64,000 nucleotides of DNA from Tubulanus polymorphus (taxonomy: Eukaryota > Animalia > Nemertea). Under the pieces are notes generated by a model, which did not search any database, was not told the origin of the DNA, and worked only from the letters and a program-made list of their open reading frames with translations. This document shows, in pieces, positions 44,001 through 58,005 of this stretch; position 1 is the stretch's first letter, and each line of letters begins with the position of its first letter. A program made the translations under genes and the position numbers. The stretch lies in the NCBI RefSeq assembly GCF_964204645.1, contig NC_134026.1:24896150-24960149 (forward strand). Direction: 5' to 3'.

Positions 44001-47000
44001 ATTTATCGCCACCAGAAGTACGTAATCATCGATTTGAATATTCGACAGGCAAATCTGTACCAAAACAGGTCGTTTTCGGTTCTTGTCTACGTATACTGCA
44101 CTGATCTTTTCTTTATCTGTTTCTTGTTTTTCTTGCATTCATATGCCAACCTCACGAATTCATGGTGGTGCTTTGCAATACCAACAAAAATGCCAGTATC
44201 CAACTAGTAGTCGTTAATTGAGTTTTTACATTCACGCAATCCGATCATAGTAAAATCACGAGAGCTACGATCGTTACCGGCGTGTAGGTGGTTCAATGTT
44301 GCGAGCCAATTCCATGTGGCATCCGCAGTTTATCATTTTAGCCATAATAAACCTTATTAATCTAATAAACATGCTCCTAATCCGAACTTGGTGTGATAGA
44401 ATTGGTTGTTGGTCAAACGGGAAATTGATGCCCCAGTCTTTCTGCACTCACAGATGCTATATATATTCATAAGATATGTAATCTTCGATACTCCAATATT
44501 GTTCATCAATTGATTGGTAAATTGATATACAAAACCTATATAACTCTAAGTTGGGGCGAAAATCACGCTTTTGATATTGATATATATGGTATTTTGATAT
44601 TCACCGGTTTAAGATAAGACTGGTATGTGGCGTCATAAGGTTGTGGTCTAATTGTCTTATAATTTGAGTTCTCTTTTATTCACGTATACCAGGGGCAGGA
44701 AGCATATTTGATAAAAAAATTTCGTACTGTGTAAGAAGCGAATCTTCGCCTCGTAAGAATTAATAAAAGTGTGACCTGCTGTTTATATACCCGAAGCTAA
44801 CACGTTCAAAAAGGATATTGGATCGGTAAGTGACATGTTGTGGGGGTATATGCAACTTAAATGCATATATGCTGGATTAAATTATTTCAAGAGAATTATA
44901 GCATAGTGATCTCAATATCTGCAAATTAATGTCGCCTTTCATTTCATTATCTTCTATATTAATATTATGCTCTTCATTACTTCTACCGTATAGATTTAAA
45001 TATGACAGAGAGTGGGTAATTCTTCATTATACGTCCCTCCATACCAGGGAGGTGCTGAGCTGATTACGCCCAATGCGCAGAACTAATTTAATACGCGTAG
45101 CCTACATTGCATGTCTGTATGATCTAAAAGATGTCTTTATCCACCACGAGTTGTTATGGTTCTTCAAAGAAATGCTAAACCATCTCATACATCAAATAGT
45201 CTCATGAAATATATTTGTGTTCACGTTTCGATCAATTTCTGTTTTGAAAGTTTTACTTGACATCAGATTTTCAGTATTACTCCATAGCTGCCAGTGAACG
45301 TTAGATACGTATCTGAGAATCATTTGAAGTTGTGTGCAGGAAAATGAATTGACGGTCGTCGAAATTGCTGCACCTGGTGAACTGAATGCGGGTATCAATT
45401 ACAGCTGGACAACTTGTACCGCTGCATTAATGAATATTATATCAGCGATATGTCTGTTTTACTGAACTCGGATTTTATATCATACACGATATATGTAGTT
45501 CTCATTTTTAGATCACGAATTCTTACCAAGTACCATTATGAAATTTGCAGATTCCTATATGAAACAGTTGCGCGATACCGATGCTTTCTGGGTGTGAAAT
45601 CAATTAATGGTACAAACAGCAATCAAGTGTTTTAAGTGTACCCGGTAACATAACTTGTTCTGGTGCAGTGCCCTATATTTCTTAATAGCAGTAACATTTT
45701 ACTCGCTTGAAATGGAATTACGAGTCAATATATCGATTATCAATTGATAACGAACTAGAAATTCCACCCAACGTAAACTACTAAATTCATTCAGAATTGG
45801 TCAATAATTTTACATAGCTTTATAGCATTTTCATTCACGTCAATCGTTTGAAACTTTAAAGAGCATTCACTCATCGTAATCATCAATAAAGAGTAGAATC
45901 GTCGACCGAACAATCTGATGTATCAAATTGTAAGAGACAAATGACACAAAAGAATTCAATGATATCCTAATATATAAGTTAAGTAATTAGCCTACTCGTC
46001 TTTTCTACAGTAAATCCTCGAGTAACATGAAGTCGGGTTTTCGTCTGATTTGGCGGCTGACAATACATCCATTTCCAAAGCAAAAAGCAATCCCATTACT
46101 TTAATGAGAATTAATCGCAAAGTCACACGATTTCCACTGACTAATATGTTTTAATGCGATTAAGCCATCTTTCTGTATTTGTAAGTTACAGTAATTTCCC
46201 GCGTAGTCCATTTTAACGGTCAATCCCTGACTCTTCAATAGCTTCATCGAAGAAAAATGAAAATGATAATCTAAATACCCGAATCACGGTAACATTTGGA
46301 ATGCCCCCAGTGAACCTTTAGATGACGAACCAATTGTAGAAGATCGCATAAGCGATTCGAAAGTACTCTATGAGCTAGACGAAACTTAGTGGTTTATTAT
46401 CTGTGTGGGTGATGAGTGCGATATGCCTACGTAAATCTGCCGATTAGTTTATTGACACCTCTTCATCATAAACACACGCCAGAAATTGGGGATTCGAAAA
46501 TAAAATTTTAACTAACCACCATAAAGGAGATTTTTTTGTGTGGTAAGGTGTTAAACTGTATAACCGGCTTTTTATCGGGTAGCATTTTCCATTTTCAATG
46601 ATTTTTTTTCAACAAAAGTACCTTCCGCATAAAGCAAGGTTTCGTTTTAAGTTCTTTCCTCGGGCTACGTTTGATTGACGACATATCTCTATAAGATGAA
46701 AGTCTAGGGCAGGAAACTTGTCAAGCTAGTTGCAGAGACGACGAGCATATGGGTGAAAAGTCGCGCTGTAACTGAGGTAATCGTCTTGTATACCTGAAGG
46801 CAACCTGCATAAGCAAACCAATGCATCCTCACGTTCAATTTGTATCATTATTAAACAAAAGTATACAAGATGTGGCGATCTTCGCTGCTAGAATAAGGAT
46901 AATTGTTAGTTATCCGCGTTCACACCGAATTCTTTGAGTTACTACTTGTTTGCTTCAGGTTTTCTACAAATAGAGATTATTTGTATGATGTCTGGGAAAT

Positions 47001-50000
47001 TTTTACATTCACTAAAGATGAGTATCACAGGGGAAAGAACCAGCATGGTTTCGAAAAAGATTCGGTTAGTTGCCCGGTTATTTGGTCAACGCGCGTAATG
47101 CTGTTATGACAAAACTTGATACAATAAGGTCGTGTAACAGAAGAGTGGCTGTTCCGCACCAAAGTGGCTTCATACGGGTATGAAATCTTATTACGAAACC
47201 TCTCAGACATTGCTTTTGCAACTGAATGAACTTTTTCACATTTGAAATTTTTCAGCTTTGGAAGTTTACCGATCGTATTTCTGATGACGTTTAAGGAATG
47301 AAAGTTTACTTATCAAAATCTGCAGCACGTACATAGATTTCCGAACAACGTCATAAATACATTTGTCACACATTTTCTAGAGGTGACGATAAGCAGGGCT
47401 CATTGAGTTTCGTCAGTTGGACGGACATTTTATTCTCTGCAGCTTTTATCCTCGTGAGCATCTCCTCACCGAACAAAGCCATCTTGCTACTAATGAAAGA
47501 GGGCAGAGCGGATACAGGAGCGAGGACATTTGTTCATATCTATCTCATTAATGTTCTCCCGAACGTGGCGTAAAATAATTCTACGGCTTTGATTCACAAC
47601 GTCCACAGGGAAGTGTCGCACAGCTATATGAATGCTTAAATCATTGCCGTATGCGCGGCGTACGTGGGCTGCTTGGCCATATTTTAGTTTCAAATTACAA
47701 ACGAAATTATAAGTTCGTGACTTTCGGGATTCTCAAGTCGGTATTTAATTTTCTCAAAGCTCATGACATCGCCACCTTATTTATAAAGGCATTTCAAAAG
47801 TTTTGTCTCATCTTTTTTGACATCGGCAACCGTGTATTTTTTGTGAACATGTTTAACTGATTACATGATTATTTGACATTACATGAAATTACATTTTCTG
47901 TTCAGCCTTTTGACTATACCGAACGTGTATATTTCCATTGACGTCGGTGCTCGTCGAAGTCGGAGCTATTTGCATCGATGGCATGAGTGTCTCATGAAAA
48001 CGTCTGCCTTAATTACGGACAACACCAGTCACAGCCATTGACAAACCGCGCAATAAACTTTCCATCTTGGCGACAACCCGTCGAGTTTTTGTCAGTTTTT
48101 AAGACACTCGCACGAGTTGAAACCCATGAACTAGGACATAAAACGATGGCCGAGTTACCGTTACCAAACAACGAATGAAAGTATATCAGCGCAGATATTC
48201 GATTTTATGCCATCTTCCATGATTTATACAGGTGCCAATTTCTGACATAGAGAAAAGTAACCTATTCTAAATATTTCTCTATGGTTGCGAAAATGACAAA
48301 CCTTATTCAGAAAGATGTTCATAGATACCCCTTTAGATTGATTTTGTGAGTCTGTGCGTAAGAAGAGGTTAAGCTCATTTTGGTGAATAACATATTACAT
48401 ACCATAAATCCTATGTGTAATAAACATGAAAATCATTATTCATCATTTGATATTTCAGGTCATATTACACTCGAAATATCAATCCGATTACACTTCAATT
48501 AACGTGTTAAAGAACTCGTTAGAATCATTTTAACGACTTAAATCGGGATATATTGGGCAAAGCCTCTCGATGGTCACTGCCGTCTTGATCACGATAGTGA
48601 CGTCATCATCGGACGTCACTAGGGATTCCTTCTTGTCGCTCTTTCAGTTGGTACCGCTGGTGATTTTAATTTATCAGTTTCCTGGATAGATGAAGCCACA
48701 TAATTCTTAAGAACGTGTGTCGTGGTGAATTGTACTCAAAAGAAGCTTATCGATAAAAATTATCTAATTACTTAAAATCTAATATTTATCTAACTACTTA
48801 TTCATACGCCACACCATATCCGCTTGTGTCTTTTGACCGGAAAATACCTGCTGTTTTAGAGAAAGCGTTAGCACACGATTCTCTCTGTCGTTCTTACACA
48901 CTATACCTCGAGTAATCGACAGTACAAGAAAAATGAGCTTGAATTATTGATAACACGCAACATAAACTTTTACCTCATATCGCCGGTTAGATTTGCCGAA
49001 GTGTCATCAATAAGATAGGAAGAGAGAATTAAGCGGGAAGAAATCTCAGTCTTTTAGTCAACAACCGAGTACCGAGAAGAAAGTTGACGAATCGACCGTA
49101 CAATGAACACTCCTGCATGACACAATAGTTTACAGAGAAATAAGCGCCATCAAATTACCATTTATAGATTATAGGGTTTGAAAAAGCCATAATGGACCTG
49201 AAATGGATGAATCTTTTTCTCTCACGTGGATTTGTTTCTGCCATGAGATGCAGAAATAAAAGCCACTTTTCCGCATTATGAATCATGGACTATCATATTC
49301 GCTTCTTTCACGGTGAAAGATATAACTTTGACAAAACCAGCACCAAAATCATTGAAGCAAAAGAATTCGTCTAATCAGTTGGATTAAATAAATGCCGTCA
49401 TCCCACATTTGTAACACATTACATGGCATAGGATAATATACTTATTCTGAGTGTATCCATAAAACTAAAGAACATGGTAAATATGGAATTCCTACGTCAT
49501 ACGACCCTTGAAGAATCTGTCGAAGCATGGAATTAACTCATTACAATTGCATCAGCACGTGTTATTTCTTACTCGAATTATTTATGTTGTAATATTCATA
49601 TCTGCAATTTGTGTCGACTCCTTTTTATCACGAATTGTCTATCATGTTTTCGAGTTACGAAGCCGATGTCCTTACAAATTCAAGACAGGGCCATCAAATC
49701 ACCAATGAAGAATATTTGAAATTGTGTGATGTGACAGACAGACGATCTAGTGGAAACCATTTAAAACATATTTCTATTTATACTTTCGTACAATATTTGA
49801 ATTTTCGTTAAAAAGAATCGATGGTTATTCAATCAAGGTCATTGCGAAGCGCGTCAGCAAACCCAATCTTCGTCAACGTGCAGTTTAATTTGATATTTGT
49901 CGATTGTGGCATATTGGATCTGTTCACCGAGCGTATGAGATATTTCGTTAACTCTCTTTCGTAATTTGATAGACTTTAATAATTAAATGTCAGGTGAACC

Positions 50001-51209
50001 CGATGCAAAGAAATGGAGGAATTTTGCAGATGGCACATAAACGAAGTTGTCACCAATTCGTAGGCAGCCTTATTATCTATTCAAAGGCTGCTCAAGTACG
50101 TTACGAAAAGTAATTATTCGTGATGGGTTCGTCTTTTTTCCGCAGTGTAATTTGCGTTCAGTATTTTGAATTTTTCATGGCCACTTACTGCAAACAATAT
50201 TGAATGAAAGTGTAGTAACGAAAACCTTACAAGCGATCGATTAAGATCATATGATAGATCTTGATATATCAATATACGTCGATTTTCTTCTATTGAACTG
50301 ATTTGTATGTTATGCAGCAATATGAGCTTTATTTCTGCGATCATGTTTTGCGGCACCTGCGATTCAATCTAGTTTACCGATCATTTCAGTAAACAAACGC
50401 AACATTCCGCCAACATTATTTGGATTGGACGTTCCGGTTGGAGCAGATGAGCAATTATATTGATTAGATATAGGTGAATACCAACGGTTTTCCGTATAGA
50501 ACTGTGGAGAATCTATCAAATCGGCCAAGCATCGTCCAGCTAATTAAGACTAGCGTATCAAAATAAGCGCCTCGTCATCTGAATCTGGCCTAAATCATCT
50601 GATCATGCAGATGTGCTTTAAAAGACAATTCACACGACTCCAAGGTGGCAATCATTGCCAAGATCATTGTTTATTGGAAAGGCGATAGAGCCGAATAATT
50701 CTTGGGTGTCTTATCGATAAGACAACGTGAACAATTGGCGTGTGCACTGAGCGGTATTCGGTTGACCTATAACACGCCTTGACAATTATAACAGAACCAC
50801 CAGAAATCGAAGCGAGAATTGAAGTTGCACTCGCTGCACTTCGTTGGCAATTTCTAACACAATTTTTAAGTGAGAAAATACACAAGTATTTGTGAAGTCG
50901 GTGAATTCTAGAATGATTAGTAGTCGGGTTAGGTATGCCTACTTTAAATTGGGTTACTTAGAACATTTAATTTCTTATTTTACACCTTCAAGACATCACG
51001 CATCACATCACATTCAGTGATACGAAAAAATAAGAAATCCGATTCAATCTTTTCCTTGTCAAGAATTCATTACCAATTGAAATGATCTAAAATTTCGGGA
51101 AACATTTCTAGATAACGTAAAATTCGTTGACGCAGTTGACTGTTTATTTGGGGAGAAAGGAATGATGGGTTGCGTAAAAACAAGAAGCCTTGATCACCTT
51201 GTAAAGAAC

Positions 51210-53214
51210 TCTTACAAACGTATGTTCCGTGATCACTCTTACTAAAAACTTAAGAAAAGCTGAATCAGATTATTATTTTCAAAAGTTTTTCGATATAGGT
51301 GCTGATATGAAACTTAAATGGAAACTTATAAACCAGATACTTCGTAAATCATCTTCTGCTATCTTACCTAGTGTTCTTAAACAAAATAACCAGGAATTCA
51401 AAGGTGACTATCGCATAGCGTGTGGGTTTAACGATTTCTTTTCTAAAATAGGCTCGCAAATTTCTGAGACTATACCTGATTTAATTTCCCTGGTCACAAA
51501 CACACATATTACTTGAAAGATCGTACTAACGAAAATTTCTTTATGTTTCCTACTAATCCTTGTGAAATTGAATCTATAGTTAGAAATCTTCATCCGAAAA
51601 GTGCAGGGTTGGACGGTATTAGTACATTTTTACTTAAAGACACTATAGATCTAATAAATGCTCCTTTATCGCGCTTCTATAATGGTATTGTTCCGTTTGA
51701 CATGCTAAAGTTAACAAGCTAAAGTTGACCCGTTATTCAAATCAGGAGATTCGGAAAATTTCAATAATTATCGTTCAATCTCTATTCTTCCGGTATTTTC
51801 AAAGATTTTAGAAAAGCTGGTTTTTAACAGATTATCCTCCTTTCTCAATAAACATAATGTTATTTCTTCAAATCAATTCGGTTTTCGAATCATTCCACAG
51901 CACTTGCTCTTGCCAAAGTAACGGACACTCTTATATCATACCTTGATAAAAATATTCAGCCATAGGCATTTTCTTAGACCTAAAGAATGCATTCGACACG
52001 GTTAACCACACAATTCTGCTCGGTAAATTAGATCACTATGGTATTCGGGGTTTACCTCTCAAATGGTTCGAAAGTTACTTGTCTGATCGTGGTCAAATTG
52101 TTTGTTGTAATAGTATCAATGTTCCCCGAGGTTCTATTCTCGGTCCTTTTTTATTTTCATTATACATAAATGATTGTGTCAATGCTTCAAAAATTCTTGA
52201 CTTCGCCCTTTTTGCAGATGACACAACATGCTTTGCTTATTCAAAAGATCATAAAAAGATATTCCAACTGGTAAACAATGAACTCACCAAACTTCGCATA
52301 TGGTTTTAAGTTAACAAATTGTCTCTTAACCTAAAAAAATGTCATTTTCTCATTTTTCGGAAATTTCAAAGGTATCCCTTGTGCTATGAAAATTGGAAAC
52401 GTCCCAATAAAGCAAGTTCATTCCACAAAATTTCTTGGTTTATATATTGATAGTAAACTTACGTGGTCTGACCACATATCATTTGTCTGTAAAAAGATAT
52501 CTCGTAGTATAAGTGTTTTAACTAGAGTTAAAAGAAGATTGCCAGTTTTAGTGATGAAAACCTTATACTATAGTTTTGTTTACCCGTATCTCAAATACTG
52601 CAATTTTATCTGGGGCAATAACTACGATTCGAGAATCAGGCCAATAATTCTACTCCAAAAGCGTGCGATCAGGGTTATATCAATGGCTGCCTTCTTAGAT
52701 CATACAGCCCCCATCTTTAAAAACTTAGGTATCCTTACTTTCGAGCAATGACGAAATTTCAATTGTGCTTTTTCATATTAAAATTTAAGAATTCACTACT
52801 GCCTAACTCGTTTTCAGATTATTTTTCATTAAACTCCGACCTTCACCACCATCAAACTCGAAACCGTCATGCATATAAAGTAGAACAATTTAGCCCCCTT
52901 AACTTGGAATAACTTGCCTTACTCACTGAACATCATTGGATCAGTATCCCTTCCAGTTTTTAAAACGTGCTCTCAAACAGTATCTCCTCATTTAATGTTT
53001 CGATAACTTTGTCAGTCTCTGCCATCTGGCACTTAAATATTTTCTGTGTGAATGTGGTGTGAAAGAGTGTGATTGGGTGTACCAGGGTGACATGAACATC
53101 ATATAAACCTTAACAGGTTTCTTCATGTTTCCCTCCATCTTGAATTTTTGTATTTGTATTACTTTGTACGATTATTATAATTCAAAATGGAAAATAAATT
53201 ATATTATATTATAT
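51210..53214 (+). mobile_element. Decayed 5'-truncated non-LTR retrotransposon (CR1/L2/Crack group), RT region plus 3' UTR
   Basis: Frameshifted ORF2 remnants: FNDFFSKIG, KSAGLDGIS, NYRSISILP, FLDLKNAFDTVNH, VPRGSILGP, FADD, KFLGLYIDSKLTW and LQKRAIR. 3' UTR stem-loop at ~53085-53135, AATAAA, and an (ATATT)n tail. Confidence 0.92.
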
Positions 53215-55766
53215 CAATACATTTATGAGCATTCGACTTAACGGTATTACGGTGTAAGAATGCTTCAATCATTTTTTCAAAAGCCATACTTCGGTTAGAA
53301 TATACTTGCAATCGATAATGTTCAAATTTTAAGATGTATCGAAATGCGTTTCTAGTGACATCTAAGAGGTATGTCTTCAATATCACCAATTTCAGCCAAT
53401 ATAGTATAGTCATTTCATGTTCAGCTTTCCCGTATGAAAAAAAAATTGAAAATCAGGACGATTCTAGAATGTCGTTCTTTTGGCTAAGAATTACAAATGT
53501 CGCGATGAGATGAAAATAATTAAGATAATGAAAATTTGTTAATTGACGACTACTTTCATCAAATGCCTTTGAAACTGAAACATTATTGATCGACAATTTA
53601 ATGTTAGCGCGTCGCACCCTCCCTAACATTCAACGTTTTACTAAATATTTCTTTTCAAATAATAAGAAATCATATTGATTCGACAGATTCGATGTATTAC
53701 TTTTTTCCAGTTTCAGGTTCTAACGGCGTCAAAATGGTATTTGATCATAATTCCATTAGTCATTGAAAGACTTTTGGCGTATCAGAAAATCTTATGTTCT
53801 TGTTATACTAATGCGAGAGAGAAGAAATTCTAGAAAAAAAGAACTACCACCAAACTTACCGGTACTTTTCGCTATTCGTCTAACACCATTAAGAGGATCA
53901 TCCCTGCAGTCATGTGAGTAGCATAGAACTAAAACACAAAGCCCTACGTACAGAAAAATAAAAAATCCCCTGTGTCTCACGGGTGCTTTCATAGTTTAGA
54001 GAATTTTTTAAAGAAGAAACACAAAAACCGGTCGAACTATCAGACGTGCGATGTTTTCATACAACGCGATGCGACAGCAACAATCGCCAACTTATAAGAG
54101 ATCCCTTCGCTCCAAAATGTCGCTAATTTTACAACAGCATCCGCGTAATATGCATGTGAATGCCTTAGCCATGCATTAGCTAGAAGCTCTGACCAATGTT
54201 GTCACTACTAGCGTATAGGCGGTAATTTTGTGAGATGTAAAAGGAGGTGTGGCGACAAGAGTTATATAGCGCCAACTCTATCTGCTTTTACTTATCAACC
54301 CCCTCTTTTAGCGTTTCATACATTGACTGATCTCATTTCATTATCCTTGAACAAACACCTATTTCAACCAACACCCAACACCCGAACACCCATAAGGGAA
54401 AAGGTAAGATTTATATACCCGTGCTAGTGAGTAACGTGAAAAGTAGACGAATAGCACCAAAAGTACACGTTTTTCACGATAAGCTTCTATTTCTTTTACA
54501 ATATGGAAACCTGTAAAATAACGATTTGATAATTAGTTCTGCTCAAGGCAGTGAAGGCTTGTCTTGTAGTCTAGTGAAATTGTCACTCACTAGTGCTCTA
54601 GTAAATTTTTCACTAAGAGAGTGTGTAGGAATATTCTATAAATTTACTTTTTAATACAAGGCCTTCATAATCAAATTGTCGCATAAAATATGAAATTATG
54701 ATGGATGAAAAGGTTATAAAGCGCACGACCATTGATCCGACAATCAAGGCTATGCATAGTATACTGTAGCGGTCGTGTTCAGACAATATAATTGTTTCAT
54801 TGATCTGAAACTGTATAAACTTTCAGCGCAAATCAGCTCATTAAATTCTAAGTTAAACACACATTTGACAAGCTGTATATCGATTGATCGTCTTCAGGTT
54901 CAAAATATCCTGAATATCTAAGAAATATGTTCTATCCTAGTGGATAACTCATGTCAAGTACTGCGGGAGACTTTTCAAGTACGATAGCTGATATTCGACA
55001 AACGATAGATTAATGAATCTAGCTGAGCCAATGAACGTGATATCTTCTAGATGTCGTGATATAAATTGATGCGATATGAACTAATATTAAGATAATACAG
55101 ACTGTCTGAGTGAGAAATGTGCTTCATTTTCTGAAAACTATTTCTGAAAATGAGGTACAAGGTATGTCTTCAATTGTGGTACCAATTACTTTGATCTAAA
55201 TTTAACCAAAACTACTCGACGAATCAACTCCAGAAAAACGGCCTTTAAATATCTTCCTTTCTCTTCCCATGTATGTGATTCCACGATAGGAATTGCATCG
55301 AGTAAAATCCTACAACGAACATTTTAATCAAAATTCAAAAGTTTAGACTAACTGCGACAAATATGGGCGTCGTTTTATTTCGCGGACGGGAGTCAGCGCC
55401 GTATACGGTTTTATGACGAAAGAAGACACTGACGAGGTTATTAATTATGCAATTTATTGGTCATGTTGAGAAAGGAAAATCATATGGGGAAAAATCTCCC
55501 TCGAGAACTCTTACTCGAAAAGATATTGTGATTTGATACTCTGTTGACACGTTTTGTGATCGCAATACGGCCGGTGCATTTTCTTAGAAGAAACAGAAAG
55601 TGAACATTTATAATCATTAGCATTTTGCCCGACATTTCGTTGCACAAAGGGTAGATTTTATCTCCCGGTTATTCACAAATGAAGCTACTCGAATCATTCT
55701 TTATCTACATGTAGGACTCGAACCGCAGAAAATTAAAACACTATATCATAAACTATAGATATACAT

Positions 55767-55791
55767 GATATACATATATATATATATATAT
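55767..55791. repeat. (TA)n microsatellite
   Basis: gatatacatatatatatatatatat. Confidence 0.8.
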
Positions 55792-56035
55792 TATCCTAAA
55801 TTGCCAGTGAGCAAACCTTGGATCCAGGTCAAAAGGACGGAACTGGTTAGAATTTATCATGATTCAATAATAGAAGGATATTCATATCGCAATATGCACG
55901 ATTCTACGAGATACTAATAGGTAAGTGATATTAGTTGTCGTTTTCAACGATGTGCATGTAGTAGTATCGGGGGTATTGTTTTATTACGTAACCTCAATTC
56001 AAATCTATACGCCCTTGCAGGGTCGCTTGCTGAAA

Positions 56036-57337
56036 ATGTCGATGGATAAAGCAGAAATGGTGGACAACGCCAATGACAGAAATGAGACGTCGTCTTTAAC
56101 ACCAGAGAGGAGAAATACTGAACTGGAAATGAGTTACGGCTCATTAGTAACATCCAGTTTACCAACAACATTTCAAGCCGAATCCTACGCTCCACGGAGG
56201 GATGAAGAACACAATTTCGGTGGAAGTAACTTCTTGGACTCTATAAACGCATCCTTCAAGCATAAACTGGATGGCCAAAGCGTAAACCTGGTGAAAAAAT
56301 ATGAAACGAAATACGGTCGAAGACGAACAGCGGCCATATTGGGTTTATCATCTCCGGTCCTACTTCCATTAGCTATATTAGCTATAATGACTTTGCCCTG
56401 CTGGATGACAAATAAAATGCGAGTGTTATCGATTTGGCTCTGGGTCTTAGCGATTGCCACGATACCCCCGTCAATTCTATTTTTCTGCGTGTACACTAGG
56501 GAATATAGTGTTTCTCTTCACACGGGGGATATGGTACCCGTGGAAGTAGTAAACAAGTTCAACGATATATCCTGTAAGGGGGTGAATCTGAATTCACCAG
56601 ATATGGTCAAGCTTTACGTTTATCACAGGTTACCAAATATACTCGATAATTACACGGAGCCATTTAACGACGTCGGGAAGCGGGAGATCAGTTCGCCACC
56701 TTTTTCATATTTGAAAAAGTTTTATTTATTACAAGGTACGTCGTTCGAGTTGGTTCTCAATGCTACGAAATATAAACAAACTGGCAAATCGTATAATGTT
56801 TCGCACGTCGACATACATGTCATTAAAGGTCAGGAAAATTACGATAAATGGCAACGAAACCCAGCGGGCAACAACACTTTTGTGAACGTGAATACATTCC
56901 TTTTGGAAGGAAAGTCTGCTTATATTTTCAAAGCAAAAACCAAAGCCAGTGATAACTATTACGTTGTTGTTCAGAGTTTGGGAAATTCAAACGTGAGTCG
57001 TGTAGATTTTGGAACTGGATTTTACATGAATCGCACAATATACAATTTGCCAAAAGGCCGATTGCTGAAATATCCAGAATATATTCTTGGTGATATAGCT
57101 CTAGATTTTCCGTATACTGATCCGCGCGTTGTGGTTATCCTTGATGGTCGGTATATGGGCAAAAATGACGAAGAAACAACTGTAACATTCACGTGTATAC
57201 CACGACTAACTGCGTATCTATCAGTATTTGTGCTGTTTCCTTGTTTGATGGCATTCCTCGCATCTCTTTGGATTTGTTGGGCCTGTAAAGACGAACCGAT
57301 CCAAATAATGCGTGGAGATTCGTATGAGAAAGTGTGA
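56036..57337 (+). CDS. Multi-pass membrane protein with a large N-glycosylated luminal domain (resembles the APD1-4 middle domain, no RING); single coding exon
   Basis: The ORF-track start at 55925 lies inside an apparent 5' UTR intron (donor GTAAGT 55921, acceptor ttgcag 56020), so the likely ATG is 56036. Two N-terminal hydrophobic segments, FYLLQGT, several NxS/T sites and a C-terminal TM. The family call is tentative. Confidence 0.7.
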   Translation: MSMDKAEMVDNANDRNETSSLTPERRNTELEMSYGSLVTSSLPTTFQAESYAPRRDEEHNFGGSNFLDSINASFKHKLDGQSVNLVKKYETKYGRRRTAAILGLSSPVLLPLAILAIMTLPCWMTNKMRVLSIWLWVLAIATIPPSILFFCVYTREYSVSLHTGDMVPVEVVNKFNDISCKGVNLNSPDMVKLYVYHRLPNILDNYTEPFNDVGKREISSPPFSYLKKFYLLQGTSFELVLNATKYKQTGKSYNVSHVDIHVIKGQENYDKWQRNPAGNNTFVNVNTFLLEGKSAYIFKAKTKASDNYYVVVQSLGNSNVSRVDFGTGFYMNRTIYNLPKGRLLKYPEYILGDIALDFPYTDPRVVVILDGRYMGKNDEETTVTFTCIPRLTAYLSVFVLFPCLMAFLASLWICWACKDEPIQIMRGDSYEKV

Positions 57338-58005
57338 TTTTGATGTTTATACTTGTAGCGTACGTTTAATATATTAAACCAATGAATGACACGAATAATA
57401 AGATATTCTTATGATTCATTACTATCTGGGTTCAACCGGGTTCCAAATACGTTTCCGTTAACCGGTTCACTTTTAGAGGCTGTTATTTTGTTGGTATAAA
57501 TTACTACTAGTATATAGACCTACGTTTCAGGTTTTGTTATTATAATAAGCCTTAATAAAAGACGCGTATGAAAATAGAAACGAACTACGTACATACAAAC
57601 AACCTACATACAAACGACAAATACCATGAACCTGTGACCGAGTCAAAAGTGAGTTTTATTTTTGTAGAGAATAAAATGTTTTGTGAGATCACGCGGAGTC
57701 ACGTGTTACTTATCAGTTGTCAGTTACTCCTTGCCTCCTTGCCCCCCCCCCCCCCCTGACAGCGTGGCTAGGCATTCCCTCGCGATCCTAGAGAGCGTAG
57801 AAGCACGAGTAGGATACTTCGTTATTTTCACTGACAAATATACTATAGTATGTAAATGATTCGCAGTACTGTTTGTTGATTATAATCGCGCTTGGTTGAT
57901 AAAGCGATACTCGCTGGCACTGTCAACAACGCTGTTTCACCATAGTTGACGACACTGGTAAACATATTGTGTTCATTCGCCAGAGGACTGCTACTGAAAC
58001 CAAAG

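Noticed and set aside
47281-47305. CTGATGA..GAAA hammerhead-like core
   Set aside because: The stem II closing pair is missing and no stem I/III partners were found.
53477-53489. CTTTTGGCTAAGA matching the U2 snRNA 5' region
   Set aside because: Only 13 nt match; the branch-point recognition sequence and Sm site are absent.
55925-56035. Hydrophobic N-terminal extension of the 470 aa ORF, resembling a signal peptide
   Set aside because: It starts at GTG inside an apparent intron (GTAAGT..TTGCAG); the real start is more likely ATG 56036.
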